Of a DNA stretch of 64,000 nt, positions 10,501 through 22,091 are shown in pieces. Numbering within the stretch: position 1 is the first letter of the stretch; each line of letters begins with the position of its first letter. The notes beneath the pieces are model-generated. The model worked only from the letters and a program-made list of their open reading frames with translations, ran no database searches and had not been told where the DNA came from. Source of the stretch: Macrostomum hystrix (lineage: Eukaryota > Animalia > Platyhelminthes); NCBI GenBank assembly GCA_950097015.1, contig CATNEN010000005.1, forward strand, positions 4,092,001 through 4,156,000. The letters are read 5' to 3'. Made by a program: the position numbers and the translations under genes.

Positions 10501-13500
10501 TCATAGCTAGAATCGCAGCAGGTGTCATAGCTAGAATCGCAGCAGGAGTCATAGCTAGAATCGCAGCAGGAGTCATAGCTAGAATCGCAGCAGGAGTCAG
10601 CTAGAATCGCAGCAGGAGTCATAGCTAGAATCGCAGCAGGTGTCGTAGCTAGAATTGCAGCAGGAGTCATAGCTAGAATCGCAGCAGGTGTCATAGCTAG
10701 AATCGCAGCAGGAGTCATAGCTAGAATCGCAGCAGGAGTCATAGCTAGAATCGCAGCATGAGTCATAGCTAGAATCGCAGCAGGAGTCATAGCTAGAATC
10801 GCAGCATGAGTCATAGCTAGAATCGCAGCAGGAGTCATAGCTAGAATCGCAGCAGGAGTCATAGCTAGAATCGCAGCAGGAGTCATAGCAGGAATCGCAG
10901 CTACGCGGCCGAGCGATATCTCGTCTGACTCTCGCGCTTAAATCTCTTTCTAACAGGTCCTAGTTCCACTAGACGTGCTTAAAGCCAACGAGGAATTCTC
11001 TAATTATTTAACGGAGTCTAACAATGTACTTGGCCGTATGCAAATCGTTGGCCTATCAAAGATCCACCATTTCTACGACAACGGTAGCTTAAGGGTATGG
11101 TTGATTTCATTTCGATTGAAATTATTTTATTTTCATTTATTTTGTAGCATTTTTATATCTTTCTAAATCTAATTTTCAGGACAATCGACAAGAAGAGACA
11201 AGGAAAGAGTGCTTACAGTTCTGGAACGTTCCCGATGTACAGAGAGGAAGAACTTTTGTTGAAAAGCAGGAACCGACTGTGAGATAAATTTTATTCTGCT
11301 GTCCTATAATTAGGGCAATGCAGTGGTCGGCAAACTTATTAGCTAGCGGGGCAAAGAGAGAACCTAAAAGACGACAGCGTGCCGCTTTGACTGTAGAAAT
11401 ATGAGATGGTAGAGAGATCAGACACGGGAGAGATAAGACACAGGAGAGATGAGATACGGAAGAGATAAGACACGGGAGAGATGATATACGGGAGAGATGA
11501 TATACGGGGGAGATGAGATACGGGAGAGATGAGACACGGGAGAGATGAGACACGGGAGAGATAAGATACGCGAGAGATGAGATACGGGAGAGATAAGACA
11601 CGGGAGAGATGAGATACGGGAGAGATAAGACACGGGAGAGATGAGATACGGCAGAGATGAGACACGGGAGAGATGAGATACGGGAGAGATGAGATACGGA
11701 AGAGATGAGACACGGGAGAGATGAGATACGGGAGAGATGAGACACGGGAGAGATGAGATACGGGAGAGATGAGATACGGGAGAGATGAGATACGGGAGAG
11801 ATGAGATACGGGAGAGATGAGACACGGGAGAGATGAGACACGGGAGAGATGAGTCACCAGAGAGATGGGACACGGAATAAATGACTAGGTGTCAAAAGGG
11901 ACAACGGGTCGAGATTTAGAAGCTTCGAGGGCCGCATCGGGCCCGCAGGCCGGAGTTTGCCGACCCCTGCAATATGGGATAGCAAATTTTACATTCAGCT
12001 AAGAGTCTGTTTTGATATTTTATAAGTCCATTTGTTAAGAGCTTCAGAATTTAGAACGAAAGGTCAGGAGTTCGAATCTCATTCTAAGAAGAAGAAAATC
12101 ACAAATAACTTACAGGTGCGCATCAGTGAGCTGTTACGTGAGAGTAGCATGACCAAACTCATGCCCAATTTAGCGTCTGCGGGCGGTTTAACAACGCCAG
12201 AGAGTTTAGAAAAGAATGCCGACTTTTTGCCCCATGAGCACAAAGTTTTGGCCTGCGGAGCCGCTGAAGAGGAGACTGTACTGCTGTTCTCAAGAGGCAA
12301 CGGCACCGTGATGATGTTTCAAAGGGGCGGCAGATCTTCGTGAGTGTTTTGATTACTGAAATTTCACAATTTTGCCGTGATTTCTGTCGGATTTAGCCTA
12401 TTTTCCTTTATTTCGATACTTCTAGCTTTATTTCGAATGTTCTGTTGGTTTTAGCCTAATTTCGATTGGTCCCGTGATTCTAGCTCACTTTCAATTGGTT
12501 GGTTGATTGCAGCCCGATTTCTATTGGTCGGTTAATTCTATTCCACTTTCGATTGTCCGTTGATTCTAGCCCACTTTTGATTGGTCTATTCATTTTAGCC
12601 CACTTTCCGCTAAAAATAGGGATGTTTCTTTGGGTGATATCAGTTGGAATCTGCGGTGTTTACAGAAAAAGAAACAGCCGAAAGCTGGAAACATACCAAT
12701 CGGACGATTCCATGCTTAGAATCTACCCAACTGGGCGTTTTCTCGGTGCTTCTTGGTGGCGAAATAGAATCACCCAAAGAATCCTCCAGTTCGGAAGATT
12801 CTATGCTCAGAAGCCGCCGAGGAATCGCCCGTAAATAATTCTCTGGTTGTCCCATGGGCCACTGGTTCGGGTGATTCTTCGGCGGTTTCCGCACAATTTA
12901 AGGTTACATCGGCTGCTTCCTGGATGGTTTCTTTAACTCTTGCGAGATAGGCGGGATTTTGGTAGATTCCACTCCTATTTTGCACAAAAAACCCGCCTAA
13001 GAAGCAGCCGAATTTTTTTCAGGGTTTTGGTCGGTCCATTAGTTCCAGTCCACCTTTGATTGGTCCGTTAGTTCTAGCCCGCTTTTAATTGGTCCGTCAG
13101 TTCTAGCCCGCTTTTAATTGGTCCGTCAGTTCTAGCCCACTTTTGATTGGTCCGTCAGTTCTAGCCCGCTTTTAATTGGTCCGTCAGTTCTAGCCCGCTT
13201 TTAATTGGTCCGTCAGTTCTAGCCCGCTTTTAATTGGTCCGTCAGTTCTAGCCCGCTTTTGATTCATTCGTTGGTTCTAGCGTTCGTTGGATTGGTGTAA
13301 CAATTTTTCACAGCAATGTAAATCCACCAAAAATATTTTAGTTGGTTGCAAGTGGATTGCAAATCGCCTTGCTACGGTCCATTGCCGCGTGACACCCTAA
13401 TTCTAGCTCAACCTGTTCTAGAGTTTAAACCGCCAACCTACAAGCTGAAGGTGACCTGTCTGCACATTCTTGACTGTCCAATGCTAGAGGGCATCAGCCT

Positions 13501-14914
13501 GCTTGAGTTGCCCCTGTCGGAGCGACAATCGATCATTCGCCTGCTATGCCGCTGCGTCAATTTCAACGGTGTTAAACAGAGAAATCCACTTAGACCTGTT
13601 AGAATATTTCGAGCATACGAATTATTAACAGATACTCCGGCCAGTTTAAAGAGTCAATTGACTGTACAGAAGACCAAAACTTCGCCTAAGCCTGTTGCTA
13701 TGCTGCGCCAAGAGGATGGTTTCTTGTTTCAACTCAAAGGATTGTACATGTTTCGTATTACCAGGTAATTATGGGGCCGCTTTTTCAGTTTATTGTTTTA
13801 ATTAGACTTACGATTAAAGACAATATAACATTGAATACATGTTAATAATAGAGATGGGTTGAAGGCGTGAGATAGGATGATAAGATTAGACATTGATGGG
13901 AGAAAGTTGGAGATATATGGAATACGATAGAAGATACATGGCATGAGATTAGATATCGATAGCATAAAACTAGAGATCGATGGGATGATATTAGAGATCG
14001 ATGGCATGAGACTATATATCGATGGCGTGAGACTAGAGATATATGGCATGAGACTAGATATTGATGGCATGAGATTGAGCATGAGATTGAGGTCTTTGGG
14101 ATGATATTAAAGATCTATGGCATGATATTAGAGATCGATGGCATGAGACTAGATATCGATGGCATGAGACTAGAAATCGATTGCATGAGATTGAGGTCTT
14201 TGTGATGAGATTAGAGATCGATGGGGTGAGATTGAGGTCTTTGTGATGAGATTAGAGATCGATGGGGTGAGATTGAGGTCTTTGTGATGAGATTAGAGAT
14301 CGATGGGGTGAGATTGAGGTCTTTGGGATGAGATTAGAGATCGATGGGATGATATATGACTAGAGATATATGGCTGAGACTAGAGATGAGATGAAATTAG
14401 CAAAATAATGCGACTAGAGGCGAGCTGAGATTTAAAACTATGTTAGATAAAGACCTCTTGATATTCGAGACACAATAAGATACGACTTGTGTAGTTAAAT
14501 AGTAATAAAATTGTGCTAAAGACATCAATTGAAGATTTGAATTAATCATAAATCAGAATGCGGGTAAGAAACAAATATATTTTATTATAATTGGCATAGA
14601 AATTTAATTTCACAGGTTCCTAAAACTGAATCGGATAAGCTGCTAAGAAATTAGTTGTTTTAATTACAATTTTTCCTCCATTAAGAGAGCCATGGCGGAT
14701 AACGATGTCCCAGAAGACTGGGCGGCTATATTATTATCATCGCGACGGCAAGGCCAGTCCTAGCTTCGATTTGAAGCCAGAGTTCTTAGCCAGTTATCGT
14801 CAACACGTTGATAGCATGATCTGGCTGGAATATGAGACCGCGAAAGACAGCGTGTTAGACGTCAAGCGATTGCAACAGATTGTAAACAAGAAGTTGAATA
14901 AGCGAGTCGATTGA
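7511..14914 (+). CDS. CMTR1: Cap-specific mRNA (nucleoside-2'-O-)-methyltransferase 1, 8 exons
   Basis: Exons are 7511-8089, 8600-9010, 9659-10015, 10957-11094, 11180-11278, 12116-12339, 13342-13764 and 14686-14914, all phase-compatible. Domains: G-patch (MMVKMGHKEGEGLGR), RrmJ/FtsJ MTase (FMNRAALK, FADICAGPGGF, LVTADGGFSVEGQEN, KPATSRPANSERY), a GTase-like region (LPRDTLI) and a C-terminal WW (EPWRITMSQKTGRLYYYH). Confidence 0.95.
8150..8545. repeat. Minisatellite, about 23-bp unit (aatctacaatcttcagatccctg), CMTR1 intron 1
   Basis: Degenerate tandem units are visible directly. Confidence 0.85.
9060..9615. repeat. Two abutting related 23-bp minisatellites, CMTR1 intron 2
   Basis: ttctgcttcagtgttctcaagat (about 9060-9290) is followed by ttcagtgttctgtagttcaggtc (about 9300-9615). 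They share the core ttcagtgttct. Confidence 0.9.
10105..10900. repeat. 24-bp minisatellite (gcagcaggagtcatagctagaatc), CMTR1 intron 3
   Basis: About 33 tandem units. This array produces the MTPAAILA and SYDSCCDS pseudo-ORFs. Confidence 0.95.
11321..11969 (+). mobile_element. hAT/Charlie-type non-autonomous element containing an 18-bp minisatellite
   Basis: TIRs are CAGTGGTCGGCAAACT and AGTTTGCCGACCCCTG, with the subterminal gggccgcatcgggcccgcaggcc typical of Charlie-like MITEs. An internal array of gagatgagacacgggaga spans about 11400-11870. No clean TSD was seen. Confidence 0.8.
13050..13265. repeat. 29-bp minisatellite (ttctagcccgcttttaattggtccgtcag), CMTR1 intron 6
   Basis: About 7 units, with degenerate relatives at 12430-12610. 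Confidence 0.85.
13900..14390. repeat. Degenerate minisatellite (gagatcgatggcatgagatta-like), CMTR1 intron 7
   Basis: Recurrent gagatcgatgg / gagattgaggtc units. Confidence 0.75.
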
Positions 14915-15469
14915 ATCCCTTAAGTTTTTTTAAGTTTACATGTTCTTTTAGTCTAATGATAATCAATTGCAGTGGTAATTGATTTTTAGCTTATAACATT
15001 TATAACATTTTTATGCTATTCTCAATGTTATGTGTTGTCTGAATCCGGTGAATATTAGGCTTATTAATTTTATTTCAAATTAAACGAGCATTATCGTGGT
15101 GTGGTGCTTTCAGATTTAGAATTAATCCATTAAAAAAATTTTCAACATGTGTAATTGTAAATGCTTACAAAAATTAGCTATTTAGTATCCAGTATTTTGT
15201 TAGATTAAAAAACTCTTAGATACTTCTGCCATTACAATTTCATTTTATGTGCAGTTTTTTTATTATTCCGCTTTCTATTGTATTTTATAGCTTTTTGTGT
15301 AGTTTTTAGTTAAAATGCCATTTTGTAAAATTTAACAAATAATTAGCCAACAATTTTTTGCCAGTCAAATTTATATATAGATAGAATTTTGTTCAATGAT
15401 GAAAAAAGTCAAAATTATTCTTGATTCCTCTTAATGTACACTCAATTATCGATAAAGCTCTACCACTCT

Positions 15470-16050
15470 AAGTGTGCGCTTAATTATCGATCGAAACCAG
15501 CCGTCTAGATTTAAATTATCGATCGCTCCTGAACCGCTCTAAAAGCACACTTCATTATCGATCGAACCCAGTCGTCTAGATTTAATTTATCGATCGCTCC
15601 TTAACCGCTCTAAAAGTACACTTCATTATCGATCGAACCCAGTCGTCTAGATTTAAATTATCGATCGCTCCTGAACCGCTCTAAAAGCACACTTCATTAT
15701 CGATCGAACCCAGTCGTCTAGATTTAATTTATCGATCGCTCCTAACCGCTCTAAAAGTACACCTCATTATCGATCGAATCCAGTCGTCTAGATTTAAATT
15801 ATCGATCGCTCCTTAACCACTCTAAAAGTACACTTCATTATCGATCGAACCCAGTCGTCTAGATTTAAATTATCGATCGCTCCTGAACCGCTCTAAAAGC
15901 ACACTTCATTATCGATCTAACCCAGTCGTCTAGATTTAAATTATCGAACGCTCCTTAACCACTCTAAAAGTACATTACATTATCGATCGAACCCAGTCGT
16001 CTAGATTTAAATTATCGATCGCTCCTTAACAACTCTAAAAGTACACTCCA
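15470..16050. repeat. About 71-bp tandem repeat with a dimeric substructure
   Basis: About 8 units of ttatcgatcgaacccagtcgtctagatttaaattatcgatcgctcctgaaccgctctaaaagcacacttca. Both halves start ttatcgatcg. Confidence 0.9.
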
Positions 16051-16529
16051 TTATTGCAACCACATAGCCATAAGTCGTAATTAATCCATCTAAATTATAT
16101 TTTTATCTGTGCACACTCCATTATCGATTTAACTAGAAGTTACATCGTGCACAACACCATCCGTTTTTATTCAACTGTCTTTAGAAAATCTTTTCTTCAA
16201 CTAATGTCGCACTATTAAGTATTTTTAAATATAATTTTTATTATTAATGTGCCTAAATGCCATATAAGAGTTAAGATTGTACAATGCTGTTTTATCGTTT
16301 GTGTTTTATTTTACAAGTTCATTTTTCACATTGTTAAACTGTAAAAAATAACATGTTCACATCCTGTATTATAAATATCTAGGGCTCTATTTAAATAAAA
16401 AACAAAGACTAAGTTACTTAATTGCGTGTTATTCTAGCTACTGTGAACAACACTTCTAAGCTTTTTCTTTTTCACGCATGAAACCCCGACTCTTGCCTGA
16501 GTATATGGCTCCCACCTAAAACCTCGACT

Positions 16530-18830
16530 CACCTGATATCCCAGCTCTCACTTGAAACCCCAGCTCTCACTTAAAACCCCAGCTCTCTCCTGAAACCCCA
16601 GCTCTCACCTGAAACCCCAGCTCCACTTAAAACCCCAGCTCTCACCTGAAACCCCAGCTCCACTTATAAAAACCCCAGCTCTCACCTGAAACCCCAGCTC
16701 CACTTAAAACCCCAGCTCTCACATGAAACCCCAGCTCTCACCTGAAACCCCAGCTCTCACTTGAAACCCCAGCTCTCACCTGAAACCCCAGCTCCACTTA
16801 TAAAAACCCCAGCTCTCACCTGAAACCCCAGCTCCACTTAAAACCCCAGCTCTCACATGAAACCCCAGCTCTCACCTGAAACCCCAGCTCTCACCTGAAA
16901 CCCCAGCTCCACTTATAAAAACCCCAGCTCTCACCTGAAACCCCAGCTCCACTTAAAACCCCAGCTCTCACATGAAACCCCAGCTCTCACCTGAAACCCC
17001 AGCTCTCACCTGAAACCCCAGCTCCACTTATAAAAACCCCAGCTCTCACCTGAAACCCCAGCTCCACTTAAAACCCCAGCTCTCACCTGAAACCCCAGCT
17101 CCACTTATAAAAACCCCAGCTCTCACCTGAAACCCCAGCTCCACTTAAAACCCTAGCTCTCACATGAAACCCCAGCTCTCACCTGAAACCCCAGCTCTCA
17201 CCTGAAACCCCAGCTCCACTTATAAAAACCCCAGCTCTCACCTGAAACCCCAGCTCCACTTAAAACCCCAGCTCTCACATGAAACCCCAGCTCTCACCTG
17301 AAACCCCAGCTCTCACCTGAAACCCCAGCTCCACTTATAAAAACCCCAGCTCTCACCTGAAACCCCAGCTCCACTTAAAACCCCAGCTCTCACCTGAAAC
17401 CCCAGCTCCACTTATAAAAACCCCAGCTCTCACCTGAAACCCCAGCTCTCACTTGAAACCCCAGCTCTCACCTGAAACCCCAGCTCCACTTAAAACCCCA
17501 GCTCTCACATGAAACCCCAGCTCTCACTTGAAACCCCAGCTCTCACCTGAAACCCCAGCTCCACTTATAAAAACCCCAGCTCTCACCTGAAACCCCAGCT
17601 CGACTTAAAACCCCAGCTCTCACATGAAACCCCAGCTCTCACCTGAAACCCCAGCTCTCACCTGAAACCTCAGCTCTCACCTGAAACCCCAGCTCCACTT
17701 ATAAAAACCCCAGGTCTCACCTGAAACCCCAGCTCCACTTAAAACCCCAGCTCTCACATGAAACCCCAGCTCTCACCTGAAACCCCAGCTCTCACCTGAA
17801 ACCCCAGCTCCACTTATAAAAACCCCAGCTCTCACCTGAAACCCCAGCTCCACTTAAAACCCCAGCTCTCACCTGAAACCCCAGCTCCACTTATAAAAAC
17901 CCCAGCTCTCACCTGAAACCCCAGCTCCACTTAAAACCCCAGCTCTCACATGAAACCCCAGCTCTCACCTGAAACCCCAGCTCTCACTTGAAACCCCAGC
18001 TCTCACCTGAAACCCCAGCTCCACTTATAAAAACCCCAGCTCTCACCTGAAACCCCAGCTCCACTTAAAACCCCAGCTCTCACATGAAACCCCAGCTCTC
18101 ACCTGAAACCCCAGCTCTCACCTGAAACCCCAGCTCCACTTATAAAAACCCCAGCTCTCACCTGAAACCCCAGCTCCACTTAAAACCCCAGCTCTCACAT
18201 GAAACCCCAGCTCTCACCTGAAACCCCAGCTCTCACCTGAAACCCCAGCTCCACTTATAAAAACCCCAGCTCTCACCTGAAACCCCAGCTCCACTTAAAA
18301 CCCCAGCTCTCACCTGAAACCCCAGCTCCACTTATAAAAACCCCAGCTCTCACCTGAAACCCCAGCTCCACTTAAAACCCCAGCTCTCACATGAAACCCC
18401 AGCTCTCACCTGAAACCCCAGCTCTCACTTGAAACCCCAGCTCTCACCTGAAACCCCAGCTCCACTTAAAACCCCAGCTCTCACCTGAAACCCCAGCTCC
18501 ACTTATAAAAACCCCAGCTCTCACCTGAAACCCCAGCTCCACTTAAAACCCCAGCTCTCACATGAAACCCCAGCTCTCACCTGAAACCCCAGCTCTCACT
18601 TGAAACCCCAGCTCTCACCTGAAACCCCAGCTCCACTTATAAAAACCCCAGCTCTCACCTGAAACCCCAGCTCTCACTTGAAACCCCAGCTCTCACCTGA
18701 AACCACAGCTCTCACTTGAAACCCAAGCTCTCACCTGAAACCCAAGCTCTCACTTGAAACCCAATGTCTGACCTGAAACTCCATGTCTGACCTAACACCT
18801 GAAACCTCCCACTCACACCTGAAACCAGGA
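16530..18830. repeat. 2.3-kb satellite with an approximately 19-bp monomer (gaaaccccagctctcacct) and higher-order variants
   Basis: Monomer variants (ctctcacct, ctccactta, ctccacttataa, ctctcacat, ctctcactt) recur in ordered blocks of about 115 bp. Confidence 0.95.
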
Positions 18831-19008
18831 CTTTAACTTGAAACTTAAGCTCTTTGTGTCTTTTGTGTCCTTAAGTTAGAAAAAACTTTCTATTTATTCC
18901 AGCGTTTTCTTCGGCTTTCATTGGACAATTTTTTTATCAATTTACTTTTTCCACCCAAATTTCAGCCCTAAACTAGATTTTTATAAATAATAATTAAATA
19001 AAATCAAA

Positions 19009-22000
19009 ATGCCCAACGAGCCATTCAATCTGCCGGAGAATCTGCAAGATCTGCCAGCTCAGGCCGACGACGGCACTGAGCCCGTACTGCGCCAGCACTA
19101 TCGACGCCCGCCAGAGAACGCTGAGCCTGACAGATTCCGTGCCAGATTGCAAACCGCAGCCGAAGAGTTTGGTTTGAGACTGAATCAACTGCCTGGCAGG
19201 CTGCTTGTACCACAATACGATATTGTCATCATTGGCGATAGAATTAGCGACGTAACCGATATGGAATCTGTTAGGCAGATTATTGAGGAAAATATTCGAT
19301 TGGATGATAATACAGCGCCCAGGGTGCTTATTAACGAGCCACTGGCTGGCCAGTCCGTGAGTATTTATTTTATTGACTTTTTCTTTAGGTAATTAGAACA
19401 GGCTGTCGATATTAAACTAATATTATTTAGTCTAAGACTATCGTCCTTGCCCTACAACGCTAGTTTATTGTTACCATTTGCGCCATAGACAACACTGTAC
19501 TGGTTTTTTCCCCTCAGTCTTAAAACTTCTGCTCTTAAGTCTTAATTGATAAATACGTAAGGACCCAATTAATAGGTAGCATCAGCTACACGTGCCCTAT
19601 TGTAGAATAGGATTTCTCTATTTTCGTATGTAATTTTCCCTATTTCGGAATGGGATTTCCCTATTTTGGAATTGGATTTCTCTATTTTGGAATAGGATTT
19701 CCCCATTCTGGAATAGGATTTCCCCATTCTGGAATAGGATTTCCATATTTTTTATGGGATTTCCCCATTTTGGAATGGGATTTACCTTTTTAGCAATGGG
19801 GTTTTCCTACTTCGGAATGGGATTTCCCTATTTTGGAATGGGATTTTCCTACTTTTTCGTGGTATATCCTTATTTTTAGAATGGATTTCCCCATTTTGGA
19901 ATTGGATTTCCCCATTCTGGAATAGGATTTCCCCATTCTGGAATAGGATTTCCCCATTCTGGAATAGGATTTCCATATTTTTTATGGGATTTCCCCATTT
20001 TGGAATGGGATTTACCTTTTTAGCAATGGGGTTTTCCTACTTCGGAATGGGATTTCCCTATTTTGGAATGGGATTTTCCTACTTTTTCGTGGTATATCCT
20101 TATTTTTAGAATGGATTTCCCCATTTTGGAATAGAATTTCCCCATTTTGAATTGCGATTTCCCTAATTTATTTTTACAAATTTTATTTTTTAATGTGATT
20201 AGAATTGGATTTAATATTTTCTAATGCGATGTTTTTGTTTATAATCAATAATATTATGCAGTTTAAATACTCTGAAAGCTTTATTCTACCACTTATTTAT
20301 TATCTTAGGCCACTTTTCTATCCTGGCTAAACGAAGCCAACCAGCGGAGCACTTTTGTTCTCATCTATGTGACCAACAGCTTCCTGAATAATGAGCAACG
20401 TATGCAATACATGGAAGAACTGTACAATGAGAGCGTGTCTGGCCCAACAGAGCGACGATTTCGCATTGTGCCAGTGTTCGCACCGGATGTGGACATTAAC
20501 AACGCCGAAAACATGTCCATTCCGGAGGCGGCGCTGTTTAGAAATCTAGGCGGATTGCCGCTCGATAGGGATGGCCAAACTGGTCAGCTAAGGATGCGTC
20601 CCATGCAGGTGAAGATTTTTGGACAACTGACTTAAATCTAGTCATTTTAATAGTGACTCATTTAGCCAATCTAAATCTGAAACTCAGTTTCAAATGATCG
20701 TCCTAGAACGCTACGACCCATTTATAATGATTTTTTTTCCGAAAAAAGCTATGACCCTCCTGAAAAAGCATGACCCAGCTCATAATGACCCAATTCTGAA
20801 ACACGATGACCCAGTTCATAATGACCCAATTCTGAAACACGATGACCCAGTTCATAATGACCCAATTCTGAAACACGATGACCCAGTTCATAATGACCCA
20901 ATTCTGAAACACCATGACCCAGTTCATAATGACCCAATTCTGAAACACCATGACCCAGTTCATAATGACCCAATTCTGAAACACGATGACCCAGTTCATA
21001 ACGACCCAATTCTGAAACACGATGACCCAGTTCATAATGACCCAATTCTGAAACACGATGACCCAGTTCATAATGACCCAATTCTGAAACACCATGACCC
21101 AGTTCATAATGACCCAATTCTGAAACACCATGACCCAGTTCATAACGACCCAATTCTGAAACACCATGACCCAGTTCATAATGACCCAATTCTGAAACAT
21201 GATGACCCAGTTCATAATGACACAATTCTCGAACACGATGACCCAGTTCATAATGACCCAATTCTCAAACACGATGACCCAGTTCATAATGACCCAATTC
21301 TGAAACAGCATGACCCAATTCTCAAACACGATGACCCAGTTCATAATGACCCAATTCTGAAGCACCATGACCCACCAATCCCAATCGCCCAGATCGGCAA
21401 TCTGCGCCAACTGCTGCGCACTCGCCTAAATCAGCGCCGCAGTCGTGAGGATGCCCAAGTTGAATCTGTGCGCGACTACGCTACCAGGACTACAAATAAC
21501 GAAGGCCGCCGCCTACTGCAACAGATGAATAGCTTTTTTACTGAGCGCATGCGCCTCAGACCTGAGGATGTTAAAGCTAAGCTGCATCCATTTTACCAGC
21601 TGCTTGAACAATTCGGCGAGCCGCCAGCTCAGGGCCAGACAAACACCGACAGATTGCTAGCTCAAGAAGTTGGCAGCCTGCAGACGCCTATTGATTCTGG
21701 CCACGCCACAATGGCCACGGTTAGTAGGGGCAATTCGCAGATTGAAGATTTGCGCGGTGAAGTTTCTTTGCCGAGTGCGCAGCAACAGCAGCAGCAGACT
21801 ATGCAGCAACAGCAGCAGCAGACTATGCAGCAACAGCAGCAGCAGGGAGCAGCAGCAGCAGCAGCAGCTCCGGCCTCAATAAATCTGGATCAAGTGATTA
21901 ATAATTTGGACCAGCTCTCATTGGGCAGCGCCAATCAAGTTAGCGTTCGCGGTAATACTGTACACGTACACGTCACCTACGTTACACAATTTGTTTCCGG

Positions 22001-22091
22001 AGCTACCGAAGCTCATCAGCACGTCGACGGTGGCGATGGCAATCAAGGAGACGGCGCTGGTGCCACCGGCGGAGGAGCTGCTCGGCCTTAA
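19009..22091 (+). CDS. TIR-domain adaptor with a C-terminal RHIM-like motif (TRIF/TICAM-like), 3 exons, about 448 aa
   Basis: Exons are 19009-19356, 20309-20608 and 21393-22091, all phase 0. TIR-like segments QYDIVII, LSWLNEANQRSTFVLIYVTNSF, RFRIVPVF and AALFRNLGGLPLD resemble the TICAM1 TIR as I recall it (LSCLQDAIDHSAFIILLLTSNF; TASLLSGLVRLD). The RHIM-like motif is VINNLDQLSLGSANQVSV. Donor 2 (GTGAAG) is weak. Confidence 0.65.
19600..20165. repeat. 21-bp minisatellite (atttccccattctggaatagg) with an approximately 230-bp internal block duplication, TIR gene intron 1
   Basis: The block ttccatattttttatgggat... occurs at 19741 and again at 19971. Confidence 0.85.
20765..21375. repeat. 36-bp minisatellite (gacccagttcataatgacccaattctgaaacacgat), TIR gene intron 2
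   Basis: About 17 units ending just before the acceptor at 21391-21392. Confidence 0.95.

Noticed and set aside
9972-11873. Long ORFs (304, 173, 221, 172 and 151 aa) with MTPAAILA, SYDSCCDS or SHLSRVSSLP repeats
   Set aside because: These are translations of intronic minisatellites inside CMTR1, and they are open only because the units lack stops.
12644-12838. ORF MESAVFTEK... as an extra CMTR1 exon
   Set aside because: In the phase required by exon 6 it hits a TAG, and exon 6 joins correctly to 13342 (SWLQVDCK).
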